A stretch of DNA of 64,000 nucleotides, taken from positions 1-64,000 of the forward strand of contig BAAIJX010000066.1 of the NCBI GenBank assembly GCA_054600435.1. Reading direction: 5' to 3'. The notes below the pieces were generated by a model. It saw nothing but the letters and a program-made list of their open reading frames with translations, did not search any database and was not told the origin of the DNA. Shown in pieces: positions 1-11,416 of the stretch; the first letter of the stretch is position 1, and the number at the start of each line of letters is the position of its first letter. The translations under genes and the position numbers were made by a program. The stretch comes from Neophaeotheca triangularis. Lineage: Eukaryota.

Positions 1-22
1 AAAAAAAACCAACCATTTCCCC

Positions 23-53
<31 letters not shown>

Positions 54-60
54 AAAAAAA
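1..60. repeat. Adjacent poly(C) and poly(A) homopolymer tracts
   Basis: About 25 C followed by about 17 A at the window start, downstream of the 138..848 gene. Confidence 0.9.
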
Positions 61-137
61 CATGCAATCTATCCAATCTACTACGACAACCACCCAGGCC
101 ACGACACAACGGATGCCACCAGAAACAGCCACAAAAA

Positions 138-848
138 TCAAGCCTCGCCGATCCCACACTTCCCAGCCGGCGCCCCAGCCTTCTCCATAGCCCGCTCAAC
201 ACACGCCGCGACATGCCCCTCCTCCACTTCCGACATGGCGGACAGCGTCCACTGCCAGCCATCGTGCAGCTGGACATCTCCAAAAACCCTCATCTGCCAG
301 CGCACGGGCGTGCACTCTTTTTCGAGCGCGTTGCGCAGGCCTTGGCCGTAGTGGTGCTCGGGGTCCGGGTGCGCGAGGTCGTGGTGGTGGCGTTTGTGAA
401 ATTTCCCGAATTGCCAGTGCGCGCCTTTGATGTCGATGGCGTTTGTGTCGTGGCGGGGCCGGATTTGGCAGTATGAGCGGGCTTCTGGGCCCCAGGTGGG
501 GGACGCGGTGGGGGTTATGGTGGTGGTGGAGGGGATGGGGGAGACTTGGGTGGTTGGGGGCGGGGTGGTGGTGGTGTGGTCGGCTAGCTTCGCGGACTTG
601 GTGTCTTTGGTTGGGCTGGCGGTCGACGAGGCGCTGGTAGCCAAGTCGAGGGACGGCGTGGCAAAAGATGTGACGAGGGTGGTCGGCGTGATCGAGGTAC
701 TGCCCTCCGGGTCTTCAAACCCGAAGCTGTCTTCCACGCTGTCTATATAAGAAGATGGGTCGAGAAAGTCGAAAGCCCTGACGCTAGCGACGAGGTATAC
801 GATGGCGGCGAGACGCATCGCCTTGCTCTTGGGGCCGAGAGGCATCAT
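138..848 (-). CDS. Secreted Ser/Thr-rich protein with a His/Cys-rich C-terminal domain; paralog of 39290..41920
   Basis: Hydrophobic signal peptide (MRLAAIVYLVASVRA), S/T/P-rich linker, and a 4-Cys C-terminal domain (FHKRHHH..PD..HHYGQGL..C..HDGWQW..ACVE.AM..AGAP..C) shared with the 39.3-41.9 kb gene. Confidence 0.8.
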   Translation of the reverse strand: MMPLGPKSKAMRLAAIVYLVASVRAFDFLDPSSYIDSVEDSFGFEDPEGSTSITPTTLVTSFATPSLDLATSASSTASPTKDTKSAKLADHTTTTPPPTTQVSPIPSTTTITPTASPTWGPEARSYCQIRPRHDTNAIDIKGAHWQFGKFHKRHHHDLAHPDPEHHYGQGLRNALEKECTPVRWQMRVFGDVQLHDGWQWTLSAMSEVEEGHVAACVERAMEKAGAPAGKCGIGEA

Positions 849-1548
849 CTTGTTGATCGTGCTTGAGTCGGTTGTGCAATGGAAGTTCCTGAGTGAGTCC
901 TAAGTCTTTTGTGGGTACGATACGAGCAGCTTGATGCGAGAAGGACGAGGGATAAAATCCGCGAAGAGCAAGACTTTAAACCTACTACCTAATTTCTGAG
1001 GACAATATGATTTCCTCATGCGCTAGCTACTCTTCGTATTCCGTCGTTAGTGCAATGCTGCTAGGTTATGTAGGTAATGCCTGATGTGAAGCTGAGGACA
1101 TTTGCAGCCAAATTAGTAGGAGACTAGCGACAATGAAGGAAACGAGGAAATTTCGACAAATAGCATTAACAAGCCGTAACTAACCAGCTATGACAGAAGA
1201 ATGAGGCACAAAACAAAACCCCTACAAGATAGAAAAAACCAGAAAAAGAAAAGCGCCATGCTCCGAGACCGCGAAAAGGACGCAAGAAAGCACATCAAAC
1301 AAAAGGCTAAAAACCAAAAAACCCAGAAAACGGCCGACGACACCATTGCCACAAGCGAACGCACGCCGTTCATAGCTCCTTAAGAACGCCTCTAGTTCTT
1401 CTTTTCTCGTCACGCGTCCATGGCTCTCCCGTCCTTTCCATATCTAATCAAAAAGACAGATCTCCCTCGCTGTTGAAGACAGACAGAACAGGCTCGACTG
1501 TACAAACCCCGGCCCATCGACGGAGCGAACCACTTTTGGCCTCCCCAC

Positions 1549-4500
1549 TCAAACCTTGCCAGAAGCATCATCGTCCTGGAAAAACGACAGAATCGCCCTG
1601 ACCCCGCCAGGCCCCAGCCCATGCGGTGGGTAACAGACATAAATCGGGTCTTCGAACGCGCCCAACTTCTCGCGGAATTCGCTCTTGTTGATGAGATGCA
1701 AATCATTAGCGATAGCATGGTAAGCTTTGCCGAGAACCTTGACACGGGAGCCTTTGAGGTTATGCCCTGGGGTGAGTTTGGAAGAGGCGCCGCCTCCGAA
1801 AGTACAGCTCTCGGCGCCTGCAGCGGCAATAGATTTGAGAGCGTGGATGATGGACATTTCAATGGCGCCTGAGGGCGCTCCCGGGAAGTCGAGGCCGAAC
1901 TTTACTTGCCAGCCGTGATCTGGGGAGAGCTGGGCCATGATGATGAGAGTGCTGATGCTGCCGTCGGAAGCCGTGGCGTAGTGATATTGGCGGTGGGGTT
2001 CGTCTTGCCAGGGGTGCACGTCTGTGAGGTGGACTTGTTTGCCCTTGCGGTTGGCGAGCCATTCTTGCACGCGCTTGTCGACTTGCTTTTTGATGTCGTC
2101 GGGTACGGGAGTGCCAATGGGGATGTCGTGCATTTTGACGCCTTCCTTTTCCGCGTGGCGGACCTTGCGCTGCACCTCGTGATCGTTGCTGGTCTTTTGC
2201 GGGTTGATGCGTTGTTCGGCGGCTACGGAAAAGGTTCGCCAGTCGTGCTTATCGGCCAGCGCTTGTTCGGTGTCTGGACCGCAGAGCAGCCAGAGGGGCT
2301 TGAGGTGCCGTTCCTTCTTGACGTAGCGCAGGTAGCCGGTGATCACCTTGACGTACTGGCTTTGGTGGCACAGCGGGTCGCCAATGGTGATGGCGAAGCC
2401 TTCATGAGGGACGAAACCAATAGCTGCGCCAGTGTTATGGTCGCGCCAAATCTCGAACTTGGGCTCCAACCAGGAGGTGTTGGAGGCATCTCCGTAGTTT
2501 GCAATGAGCTTCTCGAGCGGTTGGAATTCAATGCCGGCTGCAGCGCGGTCTTGGCCAGCCCATGGGGGGCTGAGTGTGCTCGCTTCTGGGTGTCGCAATT
2601 GCTTCACCGGAGGCTTGTATGGTAGCGACTTGGGATCTCTGGGAAATAGAGTGGCATTCCTGATGTCGCCCAGTTGCAACATGAGCATGAGCAACCGCTC
2701 CAGACCGATACCACCACCGCCATGAGGAGGCGCTCCCCACTCGAAGCCGCTCATGTAGTCGTCCATTGCCTTGGGATCCATCTTCATCTTTTCCATCTGC
2801 TGCATCAAGACCTTCGCGTCGTGAACACGCTGCCCACCAGAGACAATTTCTTGTCCGCGGAGGAAGATATCGAACGAGTTGGTCACACTGGGATCGTTGG
2901 GGTCTTTCATGGCGTAAAAGGGCCTGGCTGCGGTCGGGAACTTGTCGAGGACGTAAAAGTCCGTGTTGTACCTCTTTCTTATGACCTTGCCGAGTTCGAT
3001 CTCATCTCTTGTTCCTAGATCCTCGTTCTCGCCAAGCTCTTTCCCTTCATCGTCACGCCAGCCAGACTCGTTGAGCATACGAATGCCCTCTGCAAAGGGA
3101 ATGATGGGTGTTTCTTCCAACCACAGCAAATCTTCGTGAGGGAACTGACGCTTCACAACCTCGATTTCAGGCCTGTAATTGTCGTAAATGTATCGGAAGA
3201 TTGTCTTGAAGGTGCTGATGAGTACGTTGAGAACCTCGTGGTAGTGCTCCTCGATGGCCATTTCCACATCGAGACCGGTGTACTCAGTCATGTGTCTGTG
3301 GGTGTTGCTGTTCTCGGCGCGGAAAACGGCACCGACCTCCATAACGCGTCTGAAATCAGCAGCAACACACATTTGTTTTGCCAGCTGCGGCGACTGGGCG
3401 AGGAACGCTGGCCGCCCGAAGTAATCGACTTTGAATACGCTTGCTCCTGACTCTGTCGCTGCGGCTTGTAGTTTGGGCGTGTGGATTTCGATGAAGCCAA
3501 TCTTGTCGAGATGGGCCCGGAAGGCCTGGCAGATGCCGGATTGGATTCTGAAGATGCCCTGATCGGTGGTCGTGCGTAATGCCACGATACGGTTGTTGTG
3601 ACGGGCTTTGTCGGGGACACGGTGCCTGTTGTCACCTTCCTTGTCGGTCTCCTCCTTGGTCACTTCGGCCTCGTGGACGGTAAAGGGGAGTGTTTCGGTG
3701 GGCTCGGCTTCAGCGTGCATCTCGTGGATGTGAATTTCAAGTTTGTGAATCGAAACCGACTTTACCTCGCCGGGTTGCGTCTTGGGCTCTTGCACCACAC
3801 CTCTCACACGTACAATGGTCTCAACGTGTAGATGCTCGGCCCAGTACAGCATAAAGGGAGAGACACCGGCGTGCTCTTGCAAGACACCCTGGACAGTCAT
3901 AGTCTGCTGCCTGAGTTCGACGAACATCAAGTGCGCGCTAACCTTGCGCATGTTGTGAATTCGCGCCCTGAAGACGACGGACTTGTTGAGGTGGTCTTCG
4001 GTGAGATCGCGAAGGTCCAGACGAGGTTCGTTTGTCACTTCACCAGCGTAGATGTTGATGGGAAGGCGGCCGTAACGCGAACGCATGTCCTCAGTCTCCT
4101 CGTTCTTGGCCCTCTCCTCCATGTCTTGCTTGCGCTTGCGGTCGGCCTCGGTCTTCTGCTCGGCCATTTGGCGTTGCTGCTCTTTTTCTACCTGGCGCTC
4201 GTGCTTCTTTTGCTGATTGTGCGACATGGTCGCGCCCTCCCTGTTCAAGGGCAGGTCCTCGGTAGAAGAGTGAGACTCTGAGTCTGACCTGACTTTGCGT
4301 TTCATGAAACCGAGTGGGCTCTGAGTGACGCTCGGACGGTGGTGTTCGCGCGACGCACGAGGCGAGCTCCGCGAGGTAGAAGTGCGCTCCTTGGAAGCGG
4401 ACTGGCTGGTGTGGCCATTGGACAAGTTGGAGAGGCCGGTGCTCGCACGAGAGTTCTTATCGACGCTTCGCCTCGGAGAAGCCTCGTTGTCGCTGGCATT

Positions 4501-4551
4501 GTTGGAGGTGGAGCCGCTGCGCGGCTTGAGGATGTTCTTGAGCGACGGCAT
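1549..4551 (-). CDS. erdS: Aspartyl-tRNA synthetase-DUF2156 fusion (ergosteryl-3-beta-O-L-aspartate synthase, ErdS)
   Basis: Intronless 1000-aa ORF. Disordered N-terminal extension, OB fold (VVFRARIHNMR), class II AspRS motifs FLAQSPQL, FRAENSNTHRHMTE, GGGIGLER and FPRDP, then a C-terminal ~350-aa domain (LIANYGDASNTSW, IGDPLC) consistent with a DUF2156/MprF-like transferase. Confidence 0.9.
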   Translation of the reverse strand: MPSLKNILKPRSGSTSNNASDNEASPRRSVDKNSRASTGLSNLSNGHTSQSASKERTSTSRSSPRASREHHRPSVTQSPLGFMKRKVRSDSESHSSTEDLPLNREGATMSHNQQKKHERQVEKEQQRQMAEQKTEADRKRKQDMEERAKNEETEDMRSRYGRLPINIYAGEVTNEPRLDLRDLTEDHLNKSVVFRARIHNMRKVSAHLMFVELRQQTMTVQGVLQEHAGVSPFMLYWAEHLHVETIVRVRGVVQEPKTQPGEVKSVSIHKLEIHIHEMHAEAEPTETLPFTVHEAEVTKEETDKEGDNRHRVPDKARHNNRIVALRTTTDQGIFRIQSGICQAFRAHLDKIGFIEIHTPKLQAAATESGASVFKVDYFGRPAFLAQSPQLAKQMCVAADFRRVMEVGAVFRAENSNTHRHMTEYTGLDVEMAIEEHYHEVLNVLISTFKTIFRYIYDNYRPEIEVVKRQFPHEDLLWLEETPIIPFAEGIRMLNESGWRDDEGKELGENEDLGTRDEIELGKVIRKRYNTDFYVLDKFPTAARPFYAMKDPNDPSVTNSFDIFLRGQEIVSGGQRVHDAKVLMQQMEKMKMDPKAMDDYMSGFEWGAPPHGGGGIGLERLLMLMLQLGDIRNATLFPRDPKSLPYKPPVKQLRHPEASTLSPPWAGQDRAAAGIEFQPLEKLIANYGDASNTSWLEPKFEIWRDHNTGAAIGFVPHEGFAITIGDPLCHQSQYVKVITGYLRYVKKERHLKPLWLLCGPDTEQALADKHDWRTFSVAAEQRINPQKTSNDHEVQRKVRHAEKEGVKMHDIPIGTPVPDDIKKQVDKRVQEWLANRKGKQVHLTDVHPWQDEPHRQYHYATASDGSISTLIIMAQLSPDHGWQVKFGLDFPGAPSGAIEMSIIHALKSIAAAGAESCTFGGGASSKLTPGHNLKGSRVKVLGKAYHAIANDLHLINKSEFREKLGAFEDPIYVCYPPHGLGPGGVRAILSFFQDDDASGKV

Positions 4552-7437
4552 GGTCGCGGTAGTGATGAGGGTGTTTCTTTGCCCTTAGGGTTTCCAGAGC
4601 AGGCCTCTGATATTAAACGGTAATGGTGGTAGTGGGTGGTATTGATGGTGGTGAGGGGCAACTGTTCGCGGGCAGGCCTGTGGGTAGGGCTGAAGTGGGA
4701 GTTTGTTCGTCACCTTGACTATGTTGTTGCCCAAACTAGGTGCGATGAAGAAAAAAGGACGAGAAGAAGGGAAAACGGAAGGTGGGTAGGGTTGGGATGG
4801 AGTTTAGAAGAAGGCAACGGGGGGGGGGCACGGATAATTGGGGTATTACCTGGCCGTAGTTGTCGGGGGAGGGGGGCAGTGGTAGTGATAAGAGGGTTTA
4901 AGCCTGGTGGTGCAGTGCCTGGCGTGCCAACGTGCCCTGTGCAAGAACCTGCCCTGAACCTTACCTAGGTATACCTTACCTTAGCAGACGTCGGGAGTGA
5001 TGTCAGATTTGCAGAAAACTTGACGGCAAGCCTAGTCCAATGAGGCAAGCTTAAGCTCACAGAGACTCCCCGGAGACGGCGGAGGGGACTATCTAAGCAG
5101 GTACATACCTAGGCAAGGTAGTGTCCACAAATTGAATGCGAATTAGAGCGGAGCGAAAGTGGGAACTGCAGGCTCGCAATCTCTGCCACTTTACCTCCCG
5201 ACAACAAATACAACTACAACTACCTCCAGACTAACACGCGACTAATAACTAATAATTACTGACTAGGTATGTACCTTAGGCACGAACGTCGGCCGATTAA
5301 CGGTTAGGTACAGTAGTACTTAAGCCCACCTGCATCTACTCCACTACTACTACTACTACTACCACTACCTACCTCTACCTACCTAGGTACGGGTAGGTAC
5401 GGGTACTGTCACACAAGAAGCGCCCGCTCACGCCCGCCACAAAAGGGAGGGGGGTTGAGAAAGCTTCGCATTCGATCTTCGATGCTTACTTTCCCAAGTT
5501 CAAGCCACACTCCACGTGATGTAGAATTTTGGTAATGGCAACAACGATTGCTTGAGACCAAGGTACTTCTTTCTGCAAACATCTCCGTCTTCTAGCAGCC
5601 GATCAAATATGAGCAGCCTGTCAACTGCTTGCCAGAGACAAAATACCCTGAAGCAATTGATACAGCACCCAGCCGCATCGGCAAAGGACTAATGGAAAAA
5701 CGGACATCAGCAGTAGCATCAAACCAACGTCACCACGCGGATGGCTCCGGCTGCAGGTGATGGAAGGCTACCTTACCTAAAAGGTAAAGGATGAGGGTAA
5801 CTACCGTAGATTGCTGGTCGAAATAGGTAGAAGAGCTGTATGTATTGTTAGATTGTTAGATCTGTCTACCATCCATTCGTTCATTCCTTCATAGCTAGGT
5901 ACGGTGGTATTAACAATATCCATGTAGTTATACCGTACGCTGGCCGCCCCTCCACTGTCACATGCGCCCATGCGGCATGCGGCATCGCGTGCCACGCCAA
6001 TCTACCTACTTACTCTCAGCCCTATATCGCTTGACAAGCCTCGGAAGTCGGAAGAGTCGAGGTCGGTTTGCCGACGCAAATCAGGCTGAGAACGTTTACA
6101 GTAATCCGGATTCTTGAAATAATGAATATCTCCGCTACGTTCATCAGTCATGTTCGATTACCTATTATTGCGGGTTTCCATTTGCCCTTGTCAGCGACTA
6201 CAGCCGCCCTCAGTGCCGTGGACCCGATTTCAACGACCGGATACACAATACCTCAGAGTACTGTATCGCCGGAGGTACGGGGCACTATGGATGAGGACTC
6301 GACTATCCAATCGCGCTTTGCAGTGCAACCCGAGCAACAAATCCTGCTCGTAATCAGCCAAAAGTCGCTTCACAACCAACCCAACTTTGCCAGTCGCTCG
6401 TCTCTCCCTCGTCTACAGTATGCGTGGGCTCGTCATAAAACAAAGCTGCAAACACTTTTCTCCTTCCGATAATTCCAACTCCACAATTCTCGTCTCTCAC
6501 ATCTCGATCATACATATTCATCTTCCCGCCGAGCGTGTTTTGAGATGCAGATGCAGATGCAGGCTGAGGTCCACGGTGCTTCCGAGGAGCTGAGCTTAGA
6601 GCCTGCTTTTTGTAGTAGTGGCAGGTCTCTTTCCAGTACTAAAGTAGGTATCTACTACCTACCTACCTTACCTATGTAGTGACTGCTTCGAGCATCAGCC
6701 AAGCCAGACGTCTTGTAATGGTTAAACCTGGAAGTTGGAAGCGACTAGGTACCGTACCGGTTACTAACTACCTAGGTACTGTATTGCTGTAGGTAGGTAT
6801 GCTACCTGATATCGGTACTTACCTACGGTACCCTGGAATCTGGATTTGTGTGCGATTTTGCGAGTCCGCAACGGATGGAGGGTGATGGAGTTTCTGGCTC
6901 TCGCAATCTCATAGAGGTCTTGACTCTCCATTCGTCTCGTTTCTACCTAGGTACAGTAGGTAGCATTTCGAGGTTTCCAAGGTTGCTTTTAAGATTGGCT
7001 CGTGGGGGCCAAGCAAACTGGAGACAAGGATCCACTCGCTCCCTCAAGGCAGGGGCTATCGATAAGGTAGGGCTGTCCGTTTGACCTCATCCTTGCTCAT
7101 CTTTGGAGCTTTAGACATTGTCAAGGCATTACCCAAACCTACCTAGGTGTTGATGAATCTCCATCCATGAGGAATCTCCAGCTACCTACACTGTAAAGCC
7201 GTTGTTTCAGTTACTACACGCGGGCTTTTCACAATCTAGACACTAACTACGTGCCGGCTTCGTCCCAGGATCTATAGACCTACCCTGTAACAAACGCGCA
7301 GGAACTCTGCTTTCTCACCTCCAAAGTCAGGAGCAGACTTGTACAGCCTCGAAAGTAATAGCTCAACGAGAACATGCTATTCAAAATCACGATAACGAGA
7401 TAGCCATCGCCTCAAACCCCCAATCCCATCATCCGCC

Positions 7438-8715
7438 ATGAATGACTTCCGTCTCTCCCACTCCCTCCCGGGCATCAGACCTCGCTCCGGCACCGGAGGC
7501 AGCAACAAGAAAGACTCGCCCCCAGCGAAAACCACCACGCGCTCTCGCACCGACCCTTCTGAAACCGAGAAAGAGAAGGAAAAAGAGAAGGAGAAACACA
7601 ACCACCACCACCATCACCATGACCATTCAACCTCGCTCCTCCACCGCCGCCTCCACGGCCACACCAGCAGCAGTAGCAACAGCAAGACCAAACACCGCCA
7701 CCACCGCCACTCCTCCTCCCCCAAAGAACCCCCAAACGACCCGCCACGCAAACACACCCCCAACAACAAAGACTCCAGCCACAGCAGCAGCACCCAAAGC
7801 CGCAGCTACGGCCGACAAGCCAAAGACACGGTCACTTCCGCCATCGAGCTTAAACCACCTTTAAGTTTCGACAAACTGCTCGGTCGCGGCAAAGCCACCG
7901 AAGAGCACCGCAGACATCCCGAAAGCGAAAACGCCGAGCAAGCCGCGGAACGCGAAGAGGAAGCCGAGCGGCAGCGCCAACGGGAGAAGAAGCAGCGCCA
8001 GGAAAAAGCAGCGAGAATTGCCGCCAAGCACGCCGCGGAGCTGAATGAGCGCCGCGAAGCCGAGCTGAGAGCGCATTTGGAGGGTTTGGAGGGCAGGGGT
8101 ATGCAAGCGACTAGGGATTTGGATGAGACGCTCTACACGGTTTTGGAGAAGGCGGCCGTGCTGCGGAGTACGGTTGGTCAGTTGCAGCAGTTGTGCGTCG
8201 AGAGTGAGACTGGGAGGGAGGAGTTTGAGGAGGAGGGGAGGGAGTTGAGTGAGAGTGTCAAGGGGGCTTTGAAGGGGTTTGGGGGGTTTGAGAAGGAGGA
8301 GAAGGAGGTTGGAGAGTTGGTTAGGCGGTTGGGAGAGGCTAGAGATAGGACGGGGGAGTTGAATGAGCGGCTCGAGGAGGCGAGGAAGAGGGTCGAGGGA
8401 TATGAGAGTAGGGATCGCGAGGCTGAGAGGAAAAGCAAATGGCGGTGGGCGGTTAGTTGGACGGTTTTGGGGGTTGTGGGAAGTGTTTTTGTCGCCGTGG
8501 TGTTGGCTAGAAATCATGCCGCGGCCAGAATGCGGTTTGTGCAGGTCGGGGAGGTGATGGAGGCGCATGCGGCGCCGGTTGTGCATGGGATCAGGCCGGT
8601 TGTTGAGGGGGTTGTTGAGGCCGTTGGGAGAGTGGGGAATGCTAGCGGGCTGGAGGTTGGTGGATTGAGGGAAGATGAGGATGGCAAGTTGAAGGATATG
8701 TTTGACGAGCTGTGA
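7438..8715 (+). CDS. Hypothetical coiled-coil protein with one C-terminal transmembrane helix
   Basis: 425-aa ORF: His-rich disordered N-terminus, long E/R/K coiled coil, hydrophobic segment WRWAVSWTVLGVVGSVFVAVVLA. Confidence 0.75.
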   Translation: MNDFRLSHSLPGIRPRSGTGGSNKKDSPPAKTTTRSRTDPSETEKEKEKEKEKHNHHHHHHDHSTSLLHRRLHGHTSSSSNSKTKHRHHRHSSSPKEPPNDPPRKHTPNNKDSSHSSSTQSRSYGRQAKDTVTSAIELKPPLSFDKLLGRGKATEEHRRHPESENAEQAAEREEEAERQRQREKKQRQEKAARIAAKHAAELNERREAELRAHLEGLEGRGMQATRDLDETLYTVLEKAAVLRSTVGQLQQLCVESETGREEFEEEGRELSESVKGALKGFGGFEKEEKEVGELVRRLGEARDRTGELNERLEEARKRVEGYESRDREAERKSKWRWAVSWTVLGVVGSVFVAVVLARNHAAARMRFVQVGEVMEAHAAPVVHGIRPVVEGVVEAVGRVGNASGLEVGGLREDEDGKLKDMFDEL

Positions 8716-11416
8716 GGTCGTAAAGGCAGCCGAGCAGCCCATGAAGATTAAAGCTTCCAACCGAAGTTTCTTCACGAGCAATGTGCTCAGAACTTCACTA
8801 GTACCCGACCCGAGGTCTCAAATCCCCCTCTCATCATCCCTTTGCCGCTTACCGACCCTCCAACCTAACCACAACACCCACCCCAACCGCCGGTCCAAAC
8901 CTTCCACGCTAGTCAAACCACACATCACCAAACCTCCCATCTCCTTCTGAACCCGCCAGAGCATCGAGCTCGACCGAGAAGCGGTGCTCACCCGATCTTG
9001 CGTTGGCTGGCAAGCTGGCTAGAGCGTGTGAGTGTGAGTGTGTGATGTGTGTGTCTGAGCGTGGCGGGGACATTGCGATATTCTTGGTCTTGGTATTGGC
9101 GTCGGCATCGGCATCGGCATCGCTCACGAAGTGGTATCTAGGTCAAAGGGCGCGGGAATTGTGGACCGACGAGAGCGCGGCGTGGTCACGTGGGTTTGAG
9201 GGCAAGGTGTTGCGCACGGCGTGAGATCTTTTAGCTGCGAGGTGTGGTCCTTTCTTTTTTTTTTCTCCCGTTTTTGCGTACGCTTTTGGGTCGCTGGGAG
9301 GGGCTGGTGTCCCGGCGCTTGCGCTGTGGAGGTTTGTCCCTGGTGGTTTTTGTCGAGTCTTTGGCTGTCGTCTGTTTGGTTGGCTGGGTTTGGGGATTTT
9401 GATTTGGTAGGGGCCTAGTTCTGACGTTTCGGGCAGCGCCTGGCGTGCTGGAGGGGGGTTTTGTCGTGGAATGTTGACTTTTGTGCGGAAAGGCATATTT
9501 TGTTACGGGGAGAGGGAAGGAAGATATACACGTGATTTGAGTGGGGGCTTGTGAAAGAGTTGGTAGGAGGGGGCGTGAGTTTGGTCTTCGCATAGGGGGT
9601 AATGAAAGCATGCGATCCGGGAGGATGTCGGCTCTGGTCTTCTTCAACGAAACGCTCAGCATCTGAAGGCCTGGAAAGTTTGAAGATTGTGGTGGCATTT
9701 TCAGAGGAAGAGGAGGCTATTCCATTCTACGTGCGTAGTTTGCAGACTCGTGCGTATGCAGTGTCCAATGCCTCTGTCTTTAAAACACGGTCTGCGCCGC
9801 CGAGGACTGCATGTCGAGCGCCGTCACACTCAGAACGCGTGTTCCCCGGCGTATCCGTCCCAAGCAACCCCTGGCATAGCTTCCCCTCAGTTTTTTCATC
9901 CAAACGCAAAGGATCTTTCCCTCTGCCATGGTCTCTTGAATGTGCAGTTGCTTTGTAACATGCTGTGTCAATTTTGACGTTTTGTAGCGAAAGAGGAGAA
10001 CGATGATATACACGTGACTTGCCTCGAGCATGTGAGAGATCGAGAGTGCTAGGGAAAGTTTGTTGGGCTCGTAATGGAGGTGGGAAACTTGTGACAAATA
10101 TTATTAGGGGGTAATTTAGTGCTGTTGCGAATTTGGAGAATGGCTTGTTGGTGTTTTTGAGTTGCAGAGCAGCAGCAAAATTTCGGCGATAGGCGCCCGC
10201 CTTCTTTGATAGTGCTATGCTGCGTGTCGTGAAAGGTCGGCGTCTTGTGTTTTCTCAGCTGAGTAGAGGCCAATGTCGGGGCCAGCCAGGGAGAATTTCA
10301 CTTTGTCGCTTTGATGATGTGGACCTACTCTCGGCACCTTGGCCTTACTTGTGCTGAGGTTCAAATCCGGTAATTAACCTGAAGCTCCTGGAACTAATAA
10401 GGAATCTGACCGCTCGATCGTGAAGCGCCAGGATTTTGCCATGCCCCGTTGGTATGTGTCCGGGTGCGTCTGGGGCAGTAATATTTGAGTGCACCTGCAC
10501 GCTCAGCACCTGGGCGAGCCCAACGATTTCCACGGCTAAGAGGCTTGTACGATGTTCTCGCCATCCGCGAGGCGCCTTTCCGACCGCATATTCATTCGGT
10601 AGCAGGCTTTCTTGGCATATCCCCCGTTGAAACAGATGACCCTCTTATACCCGTGCATTTCTCGCCGAAGCACTCACGTGTGGATCGAGACCGAGTCCCA
10701 TTAACACGTGACTCACCTCGAGACGTATAGGAGACCCAAGTACCGCTCCAAGCTTGAAAGAGTCAGGACAGGAGGATTACCGACTGGCTCGGCCGCTTTT
10801 TGCCAATGGGTCGCAGTGGTCATCTCAGTGGAAGGCCTGATAAAGTCCTCAGTCCTTGTAATAGAGCCCGTGAGTTTGCCGGGACGGGCGAGGGTTAGAT
10901 TCGACTCCGGCCTTGACTTGATTCCCGGCAAGAGGCTCGATGTGGTCAACGAGGTCGTGGTTGTTGGCCAGGAGATACTTATACTCGTCTTCCCATGCCG
11001 AGAACGAATTTCTGAAGCCCAACCTAGCCTTGTGGGTGGTAAGGCAACCCGTTGGCTATTGAACTTGAACAACAATAGAAGATGGTGTTTACTCAGAGCA
11101 ACAATCATCATAACGAGGTGATGTTTAAGCAACAATGATACCTAGCAAGGTTGGGGGCGAAAACAAGAGCGTTAGACCTCGGCTTGGTGGCTGTCATCAG
11201 CTCGCACGTGATTGGTTTCCGGCTGGTCGATTCTCGTGGCGGATCGTTGCTTCCCGTTATGGCCATCATCGACACGACCTCTCCACTGCACTTCTTTGAA
11301 ACACATCAAGGGTGCACTTCGACACCACCTCTCCTCCTCTCCTTCCCTCGACCTCTACGAACCCTACATACCCTCTCCTCTCCACCTCTCCACCTCTCCA
11401 CCTCTCCCTCTTCAGC

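Noticed and set aside
1188..1413. Short Lys-rich and Phe-rich ORFs
   Set aside because: Low-complexity A-rich sequence, consistent with the erdS 3' UTR or terminator
10345..10375. GGTTCAAATCC T-loop-like motif suggesting a tRNA
   Set aside because: No acceptor, D or anticodon arms could be folded around it
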